Assembly (NCBI RefSeq): GCF_023055435.1
Contig: NW_025963868.1
Span: forward strand, 15,438,001 to 15,502,000
DNA length: 64,000 nt
Reading direction: 5' to 3'
DNA from: Haliotis rufescens
Lineage: Eukaryota
Position numbers and translations under genes: made by a program. Numbering within the stretch: position 1 is the first letter of the stretch; the number at the start of each line of letters is the position of its first letter. The notes below the pieces were generated by a model. The model saw only the letters and a list, made by a program, of their open reading frames with translations. It searched no databases and was not told where the DNA came from. Shown piece by piece: positions 13,401-26,300 of this stretch.

Positions 13401-15504
13401 GTCAACGTGATCGATACAACGGGCACAGGCAATAGTTGTTATCATCAGGTTGCGAAAGTCGTGGAGGAAAATATATTTTTACCTACCAGTCGCTTTCCTG
13501 TGTTTCCAATTAGATATGGACATGTCGTGTTTATTTATTTCTACTTCCGAAACGGGACATTTTGAAAATTGAGTTTTGTCTGGTTTCTCACAACATGTTC
13601 AATATATAGGTTTGTGTATGATGGATGGGGGCAAGAGTACGTCCACGATCTGCGCCACTCAGGGCTGACCCCGCCCATTACGCTGTGATATATCTAACCT
13701 GTATATTAACTCACTCCAGAGTCAGACGCTGGTACACATGTACAGCCGTGTCACTGACCGATGTAGACATTGAAACATTCCTACCCCAATATTCTGAAGC
13801 CTCCGTCATTTCAGATTCAGATTCCCCCATAATCTTTACACTGTCCGCCTGGACGCCAGGTGTTATCACTGTACAATTATAATAATTCATGTTTCATATT
13901 GTGTTGTAATCAATCTGTTCAGGTGAATCTACCATAACAACTCCAACTCCCCCACCGACTGCGACAACACCAGTACACTGCGCTGGCAATGTCACCCCAT
14001 GTTGTACGTAACACTTCTTGGTTTAGCTCACAGCAACGCCAAGACCATGTTAACATAACTTAGTAAAGTCTTGAACTATTTACCAAGGTAGATACAGTGA
14101 CTAGGCCATTGGGTCATTACATTCAGGTAGGGATACCAGACAGTATGGTAAAGCCCTCATACGTTTTGGTAGATAGGGAATAATAAATTTAATATGATTG
14201 TAATTAAAAAAGACATTATTTTTTTTTTATTCTTAAAATGCGATTTTATAAAACGGCCGTGTCTTCAATGACACTACAGCTTCTAAATATTTCTGTGTTG
14301 AGATGAGGTATCTGATTCGGGTAAGAGTTTCTGCATGACATCGCTCCAAGTCCAGTACCACATGAAGACACATGTTCCTGTTGGTGGTGTTTCAGATTCA
14401 ATCCTCGCCCCAGTAGCTGCTGGTGTTGGAGCTGTGCTCGTCATCGCCGTTGCTGTCAATGTCCTCATCTGGTACCGAGTGATGGGAACACACAGGCAGA
14501 AAACCAAAGGTGAATGAAATCATTGAAATGGAACTTAAATTAGTATATTAGAATTCTCCATTCAACACTGTGTGGTTTGTATGGCGTTCATCCTAACTTT
14601 AATAGGTTCTATAACATATGTCCTCAGCTAATGCACCCTCACAATACAGGTACAGTATGTCCCGACAGCGGTGGTGATTCCTGTGGTATTTACAGGTGAC
14701 TGAAGGTGATGGGGTGCAGGAGGATATTCAATCGCTCAAATGGAGTTCCTTGTTCATAATTATCAATGTCAAGCCACCACTGTTCACTAGGGCAATATAT
14801 AGATAGTTACACTAGTAGTCAAAGCCATAAATGAGTTGCTGTTGATGTTGATGAATCATGACCCTAGGAAATCGTTGTCATTAAGAACCTATTCCTATCC
14901 GAGGTATACCGAAGGGAAAAATATGAAGTCAGTGTTATTTAGAAACACAATCCTATCTGCCGTTTATGGTACGTATATTTCACTGTGTGAAGTACAATTC
15001 TGAAACACCTGTAAACACAGGGGACGGTCGGGTAGCCTAGTGGTTAAAGCTTTCGCTTGTCACGCCGAAGACCCGGGTTCGATTCCCGACATGGGTACAA
15101 TGTGTGAAGCCCATTTCATTCAGTCAGTCTAAACACAGGTCACTGACAATGTACTTCCAGATGTAGAACCAAGCACAGAAGAAAACGATTACAATTTGAC
15201 GCCTAACGGATGTAACCATGACAGCGGCATCTACACCGACCTCGTCGGCATCAGACCGGTGTCTCTCATTGAACCAATGTACAGAGACGCCATGGAGATG
15301 CACAGTGACCTTTACATCCACGCTGTCGACGACGAAGCTACCTACGAGGACACTGCAGTGCCCAGCAACCATCCCGACATGTTACAGGAAGGTGTGGCAG
15401 CGTCAGCTCATCAGGCTGAAGACTCGGTGTCGAGGCCCTGCATGTCACTGGACACAACACACACACCATCAGATACTGTTTATCGTCACACTAAAAGTGA
15501 ATGA
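10438..15504 (+). CDS. Gene A: single V-like Ig-domain membrane receptor with multi-Tyr tail (~320 aa)
   Basis: Exons: 10438-10504 leader, 10780-11136 Ig (LTC...WYR...DAGSVWTC), possibly 13815-13859, 13923-14003 T/P stalk, 14396-14509 TM, 15161-15504 tail. All introns are GT-AG, phase 1; sum is 963 nt without the optional exon. AATAAA near 15826. Confidence 0.8.
12847..13316. mobile_element. Cluster of MITEs of the atggtggccgagagggga TIR family
   Basis: TIR pair 12847-12937; further right ends near 13156 and 13316; TCGCTTTC-type internal repeats. Confidence 0.65.
15020..15129 (+). mobile_element. tRNA-derived SINE (family 2), shortened copy with TSD TAAACACAGG, in last intron of gene A
   Basis: A box tagcctagtgg and B box ggttcgattcc; TSD at 15012 and 15130. 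Confidence 0.85.
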
Positions 15505-16056
15505 CAAATATTTTCATATTTGATAGGGATTTACGTAGGTCTAAGCATCATTCCCGCAATATTATCGCGGAATGATGGTTTTAATTTAAGGCGGGAGAAC
15601 AAATATATCTCAGGATTTGAGTAGGAACTTGGAAGAGGCTATGATTTTGGTATTTATTTTTTTTCCGTAGAACTCGTTTTACCACTTCATTAAGGGTTAT
15701 TGTTTGAGATGGTGTAGGCGACGTCGTAATACATGTATGTCATAGTCGAATAATTAGTTTATTTAACATATGCTTTTATTACAGTATCCAAATATATGTT
15801 TTTGTTAATTCAAATTGGTTGTATGAAATAAAGAGCATACATTACTCGTAATTCTTTGTGTTCTGATTCCTCATCACGACAGGTCTTTCCAAGAATGATT
15901 ACTATAAATAGCACATTTACATTAATGAATACATTGTGTAATGTCCAGAGCTTTTGTGACGTCAGGAAGAATGGATGACACTATGTTCAATAACGAAAGG
16001 GATATGACGTCAGAATATGCCCCCAGTGTGCCCCCAAGACTCGAGAATGGATGATC

Positions 16057-19000
16057 GGGTTGTTACATTGTGTCCTGTGGGATTGTGTGTCATGGTGCCC
16101 CGACTCTCTGGATCATTGCTGAATCCCTTCCCCCGGGTTGTTACATTGGGTCATGTGGGATTGTGTGTCATAGTGCCCCGACTCTCTGGATCATTGCTGA
16201 ATCCCTTCCCCCGGGTTGTTACATTGGGTCATGTGGGATTGTGTGTCATAGTGCCCCGACTCTCTGGATCATTGCTGAATCCCTTCCCCCGGGTTGTTAC
16301 ATTGTGTCCTGTGGGATTGTGTGTCATGGTGCCCCGACTCTCTGGATCATTGCTGAATCCCTTCCCCCGGGTTGTTACATTGTGTCATGTGGGATTGTGT
16401 GTCATGGTGCCCCGACTCTCTGGATCATTGCTGAATCCCTTCCCCCGGGTTGTTACATTGGGTCATGTGGGATTGTGTGTCATGGTGCCCCGACTCTCTG
16501 GATCATTGCTGAATCCCTTCCCCCGGGTTGTTACATTGTGTCCTGTGGGATTGTGTGTCATGGTGCCCCGACTCTCTGGATCATTGCTGAATCCCTTCCC
16601 CCGGGTTGTTACATTGTGTCATGTGGGATTGTGTGTCATGGTGCCCCGACTCTCTGGATCATTGCTGAATCCCTTCCCCCGGGTTGTTACATTGGGTCAT
16701 GTGGGATTGTGTGTCATGGTGCCCCGACTCTCTGGATCATTGCTGAATCCCTTCCCCCGGGTTGTTACATTGTGTCATGTGGGATTGTGTGTCATAGTGC
16801 CCCGACTCTCTGGATCATTGCTGAATCCCTTCCCCCGGGTTGTTACATTGGGTCATGTGGGATTGTGTGTCATAGTGCCCCGACTCTCTGGATCATTGCT
16901 GAATCCCTTCCCCCGGGTTGTTACATTGGGTCATGTGGGATTGTGTGTCATAGTGCCCCGACTCTCTGGATCATTGCTGAATCCCTTCCCCCGGGTTGTT
17001 ACATTGTGTCATGTGGGATTGTGTGTCATGGTGCCCCGACTCTCTGGATCATTGCTGAATCCCTTCCCCCGGGTTGTTACATTGGGTCATGTGGGATTGT
17101 GTGTCATAGTGCCCCGACTCTCTGGATCATTGCTGAATCCCTTCCCCCGGGTTGTTACATTGGGTCATGTGGGATTGTGTGTCATAGTGCCCCGACTCTC
17201 TGGATCATTGCTGAATCCCTTCCCCCGGGTTGTTACATTGTGTCATGTGGGATTGTGTGTCATGGTGCCCCGACTCTCTGGATCATTGCTGAATCCCTTC
17301 CCCCGGGTTGTTACATTGTGTCATGTGGGATTGTGTGTCATGGTGCCCCGACTCTCTGGATCATTGCTAAATCCCTTCCCCCGGGTTGTTACATTGGGTC
17401 ATGTGGGATTGTGTGTCATAGTGCCCCGACTCTCTGGATCATTGCTGAATCCCTTCCCCCGGGTTGTTACATTGTGTCCTGTGGGATTGTGTGTCATGGT
17501 GCCCCGACTCTCTGGATCATTGCTGAATCCCTTCCCCCGAGTTGTTACATTGTGTCATGTGGGATTGTGTGTCATGGTGCCCCGACTCTCTGGATCATTG
17601 CTGAATCCCTTCCCCCGGGTTGTTACATTGTGTCATGTGGGATTGTGTGTCATGGTGCCCCGACTCTCTGGATCATTGCTGAATCCCTTCCCCCGGGTTG
17701 TTACATTGGGTCATGTGGGATTGTGTGTCATAGTGCCCCGACTCTCTGGATCATTGCTGAATCCCTTCCCCCGGGTTGTTACATTGTGTCATGTGGGATT
17801 GTGTGTCATGGTGCCCCGACTCTCTGGATCATTGCTAAATCCCTTCCCCCGGGTTGTTACATTGTGTCCTGTGGGATTGTGTGTCATGGTGCCCCGACTC
17901 TCTGGATCATTGCTGAATCCCTTCCCCCGGGTTGTTACATTGGGTCATGTGGGATTGTGTGTCATGGTGCCCCGACTCTCTGGATCATTGCTGAATCCCT
18001 TCCCCCGGGTTGTTACATTGTGTCATGTGGGATTGTGTGTCATGGTGCCCCGACTCTCTGGATCATTGCTGAATCCCTTCCCCCGGGTTGTTACATTGTG
18101 TCATGTAGGATTGTGTGTCATGGTGCCCCGACTCTCTGGATCATTGCTGAATCCCTTCCCCCGGGTTGTTACATTGGGTCATGTGGGATTGTGTGTCATA
18201 GTGCCCCGACTCTCTGGATCATTGCTAAATCCCTTCCCCCGGGTTGTTACATTGTGTCATGTGGGATTGTGTGTCATGGTGCCCCGACTCTCTGGATCAT
18301 TGCTAAATCCCTTCCCCCGGGTTGTTACATTGTGTCCTGTGGGATTGTGTGTCATGGTGCCCCGACTCTCTGGATCATTGCTGAATCCCTTCCCCCGGGT
18401 TGTTACATTGTGTCATGTGGGATTGTGTGTCATGGTGCCCCGACTCTCTGGATCATTGCTGAATCCCTTCCCCCGGGTTGTTACATTGTGTCATGTGGGA
18501 TTGTGTGTCATGGTGCCCCGACTCTCTGGATCATTGCTGAATCCCTTCCCCCGGGTTGTTACATTGGGTCATGTGGGATTGTGTGTCATAGTGCCCCGAC
18601 TCTCTGGATCATTGCTGAATCCCTTCCCCCGGGCTGTTACATTGTGTCATGTGGGATTGTGTGTCATGGTGCCCCGACTCTCTGGATCATTGCTAAATCC
18701 CTTCCCCCGGGTTGTTACATTGTGTCATGTGGGATTGTGTGTCATGGTGCCCCGACTCTCTGGATCATTGCTGAATCCCTTCCCCCGGGTTGTTACATTG
18801 GGTCATGTGGGATTGTGTGTCATAGTGCCCCGACTCTCTGGATCATTGCTGAATCCCTTCCCCCGGGTTGTTACATTGTGTCATGTGGGATTGTGTGTCA
18901 TGGTGCCCCGACTCTCTGGATCATTGCTAAATCCCTTCCCCCGGGTTGTTACATTGTGTCATGTGGGATTGTGTGTCATGGTGCCCCGACTCTCTGGATC

Positions 19001-19098
19001 ATTGCTGAATCCCTTCCCCCGGGTTGTTACATTGTGTCCTGTGGGATTGTGTGTCATGGTGCCCCGACTCTCTGGATCATTGCTGAATCCTTTCCCCG
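16057..19098. repeat. 78-bp tandem array, ~39 copies
   Basis: Unit GGGTTGTTACATTGKGTCMTGTGGGATTGTGTGTCATRGTGCCCCGACTCTCTGGATCATTGCTRAATCCCTTCCCCC; 26-aa period in the ORF track. Confidence 0.97.
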
Positions 19099-20383
19099 AC
19101 TTGATTATTTCAGTTACCAATTACTGTGTATGTTCTGTGAAAATCTTTCTTCTCACCATGTTACTCAGATCCTCCTCTGAAAATGCCTACGAATATACAA
19201 CCTAGTGAAATCATTCTCCAGGAACCATGACACCGACAAATAAAACATCCCAACAATTTCTACAAGCCAATGACACCATTCTCAGCTACAATCTATCTTC
19301 ATGTAAGCATGAATAAAAGCCTTATATCAAATAACACTGACCGTAAAGCATATGACTGTATGTATGCATATGTCAATCCATTATCTGAATACACGACACT
19401 TTTCGTTTTGGACAACTTCTGTGTTTAGGGCGTTTCAGGGCTAATGCACCTGATGACGGGGCAATGAGTAGCACTGAAACGTTGTTGCAAAGAATATAGG
19501 CGTTATCCACAAAATACACATATATTCACGCTCTTCCAACTTCTAAATGCCTGTCCAAGACTTCATCTAGTCTTTATTCAATCTTACCATCATCAATAGT
19601 GTTGTGAATACTAGCATTGGGAAAGTCCATTTTAAAATCATTCAACAAGCTGATTAAGCCGCGTGACTATTGGTAATTGCATCACTAGTTAAGACAACGG
19701 TTGTGTCCAATATGTACAACGGATGTGCTGGTCACCGCATTGACTACAGGGAATGACGTCAGAGCACACACTGGGTGGGGACCAGAGACATGAACATACC
19801 CATGACAGGACGCTGTTTCTAAAGCCTGCCACCCACAAAGGTGGGCGTTCGTCTGGCACGATCCCTTGCTCGGGTAACGTCTGGCCTGCTATTTCCATCA
19901 CTGCTGTTGTTAAATGTACCAAACACAAGCATGCATGTGTGTTCTCTAATGTTAAACTTCGTATCACCTTTTGTTGTATTTCCTGTCACAGCATATCGGG
20001 GGGTGTAGTGTAGCCTCTATGGAAGATTTCTTCTGAAGATCTGATTCCAAGGCATGGCATTTTCATGTGGTGTGTTTCTCGTAAAGCTCGTATTTTAGTC
20101 CACCCTCAATCACAGAATACCATAAAGAGAACACGACTTCGACAACACTCTGCACTGGCAGCACTGAAGTAATGTCGTGAGAGTAGGTATGTTTTGGAGG
20201 CTTGTGTTCTACAACAGTAAATACAAACACATGTCTCAAAACAGAGCCCTGTGTGACATGACAGTTCATCAATACAGTGATGAAACGCTTACGTTTGACT
20301 GAGTGATTGAGTTCCTCAGTCTTTCATCATCTCTCTTAATGGGGAGGGTCTAGTGCTCTGTGATCTCTGATGTGAGTTGTTTC

Positions 20384-20740
20384 AGGGGTTACAGGCCGGC
20401 AAAGCCACATTTCGAATATAGAAGGCGGGGCAAGGTCTTGTGTCTCTGGCGGTAGAGGATAGTGGTGAGAGACTTCAGGGCTGGTATTTAAATGTGGGAC
20501 ACTCATTTAAAGGTATCTCTAAAGAACACCACGCTTAGTAATTTAAATGTGGGACACTCATTTAAAGGTATCTCTAAAGAACACCACGCTTAGTAATTTA
20601 AATGTTGGACACTCATTTAAAGGTATCGGTAATCGGATTAATTAATTACCCGCTAGAATAGGTGAAATGCACTCAGCTGAAAATGTGGCTCTACCGGCAA
20701 TAGCCATTTCTGAAATGTGGCTCTCCCGGCTAGACACCGT
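20384..20740. mobile_element. MITE-like element with internal 55-bp tandem repeat (20486-20627)
   Basis: Imperfect TIRs gccggcaaagccacatttc / gaaatgtggctctcccggc; repeat units start at 20486, 20541 and 20596. Confidence 0.55.
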
Positions 20741-21305
20741 TTCAGGCGGCAGCCCAAACTAGTGTTGCAGCCATGACACCGTGGTGTAATAGTCAAAAGT
20801 AACCACAGCCTACGGGTGTGAGTGTGATATCTGTTTGTTTCGTCTCTTTGGAGATAATGGTAGAAGACACTCTGTAATTGTAATTACCACAGCCTGTAGC
20901 TCATATCAAGTCACACCGGTAAACATACATGTATTTCATCTTCATTACCTAAGTACATAAATATGCCTGTCTGTGACCTTATATATATAATGCTTATATA
21001 ACACAGGTGACTTTACATAATTACATGTTTACACGTGATAAACAAAAGGACTGTTAACATAAAGACTTGTATATCAACACATGATATGATATCGAAACAG
21101 TCTACAAACATAGTACAATGTGGGTGACAGGGGAGCGTCCACCCATCCATGACCAGCTGTCGCAAACACCACTGTGTAGCATCATACAATACGAGATTGA
21201 TGAAACATATTATTCGTACACCACACAGAAAACAGTTGCGAAATACGAATTACTAGCTAGCATATCAAGCAAATAAACATATAATGTACAACCCATACGT
21301 ATATA

Positions 21306-22125
21306 TGTTACAGGAAACAAGTATAATCAGTGATTAAGTCTAATAACTGGAAATTTCAGTGATTATGTCTAATAACTGATTCACTCGGTGGTTATGTCTA
21401 ATTACTGAAATCTTTAGTAATTAGACATAATCACTGAAATGAACCAAGGGATTTTATACTTGTTTACTGAAAGCATATTCCTGCCTTTTTATAATAACTT
21501 GTGAGAAGGCTTCATAATCCTGTCCTAAGCCAATCAGGCAAACACATATAAATGGTTCACCTTGACCAGATACCTCCCGTGTGCGAAATACGCATCAGTC
21601 GGAAAGCGCACGTTAAATCACAAAAGTAAGTAAGTAAGTAAGTAAGCAGATACCTCACACTTTGACTCATGGAGCCTCACGATACCTTCAGAGATGCACT
21701 GTACAAGATGTATGAGGAAAATGTTTTAAGGCCAAGATGCAATGTAATTCTAAATGTCATTCAAGTCTCTCATCTTTGTCATACCATTCATGTCATACCA
21801 TTCACGTCATACCATTTTATGAAATAAAAGATTGAACTGTTTAAGTTTATTTCTGTGATTTTTGTGTAAGGTATCTGCTTACAGGAGGTTGTATTTACTT
21901 TGATAGCTAATCTAATTTCAAAACTAGCACACATTATAAAAACAAGGCAGGAATATGCTTTCAGTAAACAAGTATAAAATCCCTTGGTTCATTTCAGTGA
22001 TTATGTCTAATTACTGAAGATTTCAGTAATTAGACATAACCACCGAGTGAATCAGTTATTAGACATAATCACTGAAATTTTCAGTCATTAGACTTAATCA
22101 CTGATTATACTTGTTTCCTGTAACA
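21306..22125. mobile_element. Non-autonomous DNA transposon with ~190-bp TIRs, flanked by TA
   Basis: tgttacaggaaacaagtataatcagtgatt... (to ~21495) mirrored at ~21934-22125. Confidence 0.88.
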
Positions 22126-23366
22126 TATACACACATTCGTACAAGTTGAATGGCAGGTTGTGTATATGCTTATGTGCACTTGGTGCATCACATCTGAAGT
22201 ACTGGGTTTGGATTTGGAAGTCATCCTCGTACTTCCAAAGGTCACAAGAACCTCCCTTCCTCAACCATCTCCACAACAGGGAATCGACGTTGGGAATTGA
22301 TGATAAGCCACAGATACCTCTCTGCAGACTCTTCTGTTATCAAGGGACAAGGCTGAAAAACCCTTCCTTGGCGTTCATACCAAGCCTCCCAAACAAATTG
22401 TCCACACCTTCAAGTTTCTCAAGTTCCACGATTAAAGGGAACAGACTCCAAGGAAAAAACCTACAGTATATGATTCAGTAATTGGTTGGGTACACATATA
22501 TAAATTTACCTGTGTAGAAACGGTAGACACGTAAGTTCAGGAATATTAGAATAGCACATACAATATGTGACAAATGATTACTACCATTGTGCTCTCTCCC
22601 ATTACTGAGATACATGTGTAAGGGACCCCATAGACAAGGTGACGAAAGCGCGTCCCCCACGACGTGGTTACATTTATCTTTGTGTAAGTGGTCCGAGGGG
22701 ATTCCTAAGTTGACACGCCAAGGTTAGCACGGGACTCGTCATGTGCAGAACTAAATTGACCTTGACATTGCGAAACTTCAACAGATTGGATTTACACCAG
22801 TGAGTAAAATTTGTCTTAAATTTTGTTTATTCAATGTAAAGTGACATAAATGTGAAAAAATATTACCATGTGAATATCCATATCGTATAAGAGGAAGAAA
22901 TCCCACGCTGCTTCAAACATATCAACGAGGAAAGTTTCACTTTTACAATTAGCATTGTGCAGTATTCATGCATTATAAACTACCGATAAAGTCAAGTACA
23001 AAGCTTAAATAGTGTCGAGATTACATGATAATTGCGCATTGTACATTGGAGGAGTTAAATCTAGCAGCGTTCTCAACTGGACGGTTGTAGTATGCCTGTC
23101 TGGCCGCTTCGATGCCGCTATAACTGAGGGTAAGGTGTTTTTGTTTCACGCTGCACTCAGCAATACCGAAGCGTCATGAGGACGGTCTGTAAATAATCCA
23201 GTGTGGACCCGACAATCCAATGATTAAAATGATGAACAACAATTCCCGCCGTGGGGTACGATGACACGCAGTGAACTTGCATCAGATTATCAAATGTAAT
23301 AACTAGCATAGAGCATATTTGTATCTTTCGAATATTTTCTTTTGCAATAACAGACAGGTCTTGAGG

Positions 23367-26300
23367 ATGGGATGGACGTCGGCGAGGCGTCGTTGGGTCT
23401 CTGCTCTCTGTCTTCACCTTCTGGTCGTTCATGGTTTGTATAGTGCGTTACATCCCAGTAAACAAAACGTACACTTCACCATACATTATTTCCGAAGTTT
23501 GCTATGTGCACTTAGCCAATAACAAGAAGCAAATAAGATAATAATATTTCTGATTTTACTATGCGAAAACATGATATATAATGAACTGGGTAGATCCGAG
23601 ATGCGGAAAATAAAAGTCGGTTCATAGCTCACTTCATCGGAAGCCAAAAAGCATCATAGTCGACAATTGTTTTTTGTAAAAGATGCTTTTTGAATATTTA
23701 AGCTGCTGCCAATTAATCTGAGTCAGTGTAAATTGTTATAAGGGTCAATGGCGGACCGCCGATCTCTAACAGCAGAACACGGCCTATCAATAGATTCAAG
23801 AAATACATGGTTTTATCTTAATGTTGCATGCTCTTAGAACTTGTCGCTTCATGGCCTTGGTAGAATTACTGGTGAATAAGTAGCATACTTCTAAGGCGTA
23901 GGCGCTTCCACATACCATGTGATCTGACTCGTATATTGAGAATTCATCTCACTGAGGTTTTGAATGAATATATGCTGTGTTAATTCTACACTTGCAATCG
24001 GCCAAATATGTGTGGGTAACATGAAACTTTTAGTTACATTATGTTACAGACTACAGATGCTACAGTATGTAGGATCAGCCATGTCATATAATATATAGAT
24101 ATATGATTTATGTATTTAATTTCCTTCACATAAACTGATTTAATGGAAAGCACATACGTTGTGATATGTTGCTTATATATCACACTAGACAGTACTTACA
24201 GTATTCAAGTAATATGTCATTGTACAGACAAATAGCTACACACATCTTTCATTTATTTCACACAGCATCTTCGTTGAAGTACCACCTTACATCTACACCA
24301 GCTATAGAAGGGCAGCCATTTACTCTGTCGTGTAGACAAGATCATACCATAGGAACTGCATTGTGGTACAGGAACTGGGTCCGGATTTTTCAAACAAATA
24401 GGAATTACCAGTTTGAGATGCTTGAAAAGAACACTGATCACGAGGAGTTCCGGTCTGTGTCAGGACGTATCTCTGTGCATGCAACTCTGATCCGACACAA
24501 CGTGATCCTCACCATCAACTCTACACTGGATGAGGGATCTGTGTGGAGGTGTGGTCTAGGGGAGGATTCTAGTGATAACCTGACAGTAAGGGTGGTCAAG
24601 CCAGTCACTGGTATGTAATTCGTTGCGGGAGACCAAGTAAATGTGTATGTCACTAGTATTATTTCACTGACAAAATCAATGTCTCCAACAAATCGCGATT
24701 TCAATAATTTCAGACACTTAATACGGGATCTATGTGGAGTGTAGGGGAGTATGATATCATCAACCTGACATTAACGGTAACTGATTCCACACGTGGTACG
24801 ACATTCACTTTTTATAAGGTATCACATGCAGCAGACTCAACATACATGCCAGAGGGTTACTCATACCCTCTTACTTAAGTCCACGTAAACCTGAAACTAT
24901 ACTGACTAATTAAGTAATCATCTTGATGTACTATGTCATGTGCATGTGTGGACATCTTGATCGTATTACTCCAAAACATTACAATACATTGATTGCTCCT
25001 CTAGATGCTAAACACGCATTCCACAGTTCTGCATTAAATGACGACCTAATTACTGGGTAGGGGTCGATATACAAAATATCCAAATCTTAAACCCAATACA
25101 ATACTTAATACAATCATAATGGCTAGTTTATTCTTCTCTGTAAGCCCGGCGGGCGTCAGAGCTGGTTCAGCCTTAGTGTAGTGGCACCAGAAGACTACTT
25201 GACAGAGCATGATGCTATACCTACATTCATGGATTTCCCGGTCTGGCGCTCGGCATTGAGGGGATAAAACAAGGACTGGTCGGCTCGGTGTCAGTTTTCT
25301 GTGTCTGAGTGGGGTATTCATGTTAAACTGCGGCCTGGTATCTCAGTGGGCTAGCACTATAACATCGGCATTAATGCGGACTTGTAGATTCAGCCACACA
25401 CACACATGCATGCACGTAAGTGCAATATTCTTGAACGCGACTTTAAACCCCATTTCACCTCACATCACCTCACCTCAACTCGTACATTCATAAGCGAGAT
25501 ACCCTTGCTTGTTTAATGATAATACTCATAAAATCAACTGTCCATATTTTAAAAAATTTGCATTTTATAATGTTCACATATTTCGTGACTACTATAGTTC
25601 GACACACCTTAAAAGCGTGTAATGACAAGAAAGGAAATAGAAAGTATAATTCTTGTGATTAACTAGAAAAACAAAATTAACATGAAAATTGCAGGAAATG
25701 GAAAGAAATGCTGATCACAGATAAAAGTTGCAATTGGATGCTTGTTTCCTGTTGAGGCACAGAATCGATCAGCAACACGGGCGTTTAGTACACAAGTATC
25801 ACACTTGTTAACCTCAGTATATCCCTGTGAAATAAGGATCATGTGTTATATCGATAACAATGTTTACCTTTTAGAAATATATAAATACTGTTTAATGTAG
25901 CTATGTCCCCACTTCACTCTCACTCACTCACTCACTCACTCACTCACTGTTCAGGTGAATCCACCACCAGAACTCCGACTGCCCTTCCAACTGCGACAAC
26001 ACCAGTACAGTGCGCTCGCGATGACACCTTTTGTAGTAAGTAGCGCTTTCTGATTTTAGTTCATATCAGTGACAGCATCACCAAGACCTAGTTAACATGA
26101 TTCACACTAGTTCAAGACTTGAACTACTTTCCACGTTAGATAACGTAACTGGACCGTGTTAGGTCATAACATTCCCCGACAAAGATGATATAGCAATCGG
26201 ATATTTTGTTAGGTACATATTGGAGAATAAATTTAAAATTGTTGAATATATAAAAGAAATCTGTTTCAACGCCTTTATTTATAAATCGGCCGTGCCTTCA

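Noticed and set aside
3005-19098. CRISPR-like arrays
   Set aside because: Repeats are head-to-tail without unique spacers, there are no cas genes, and the context is eukaryotic.
16017-19205. 1062-aa and 1036-aa ORFs
   Set aside because: Translations of a 78-bp satellite that lacks stops in two frames; no splice or codon-level evidence of coding.
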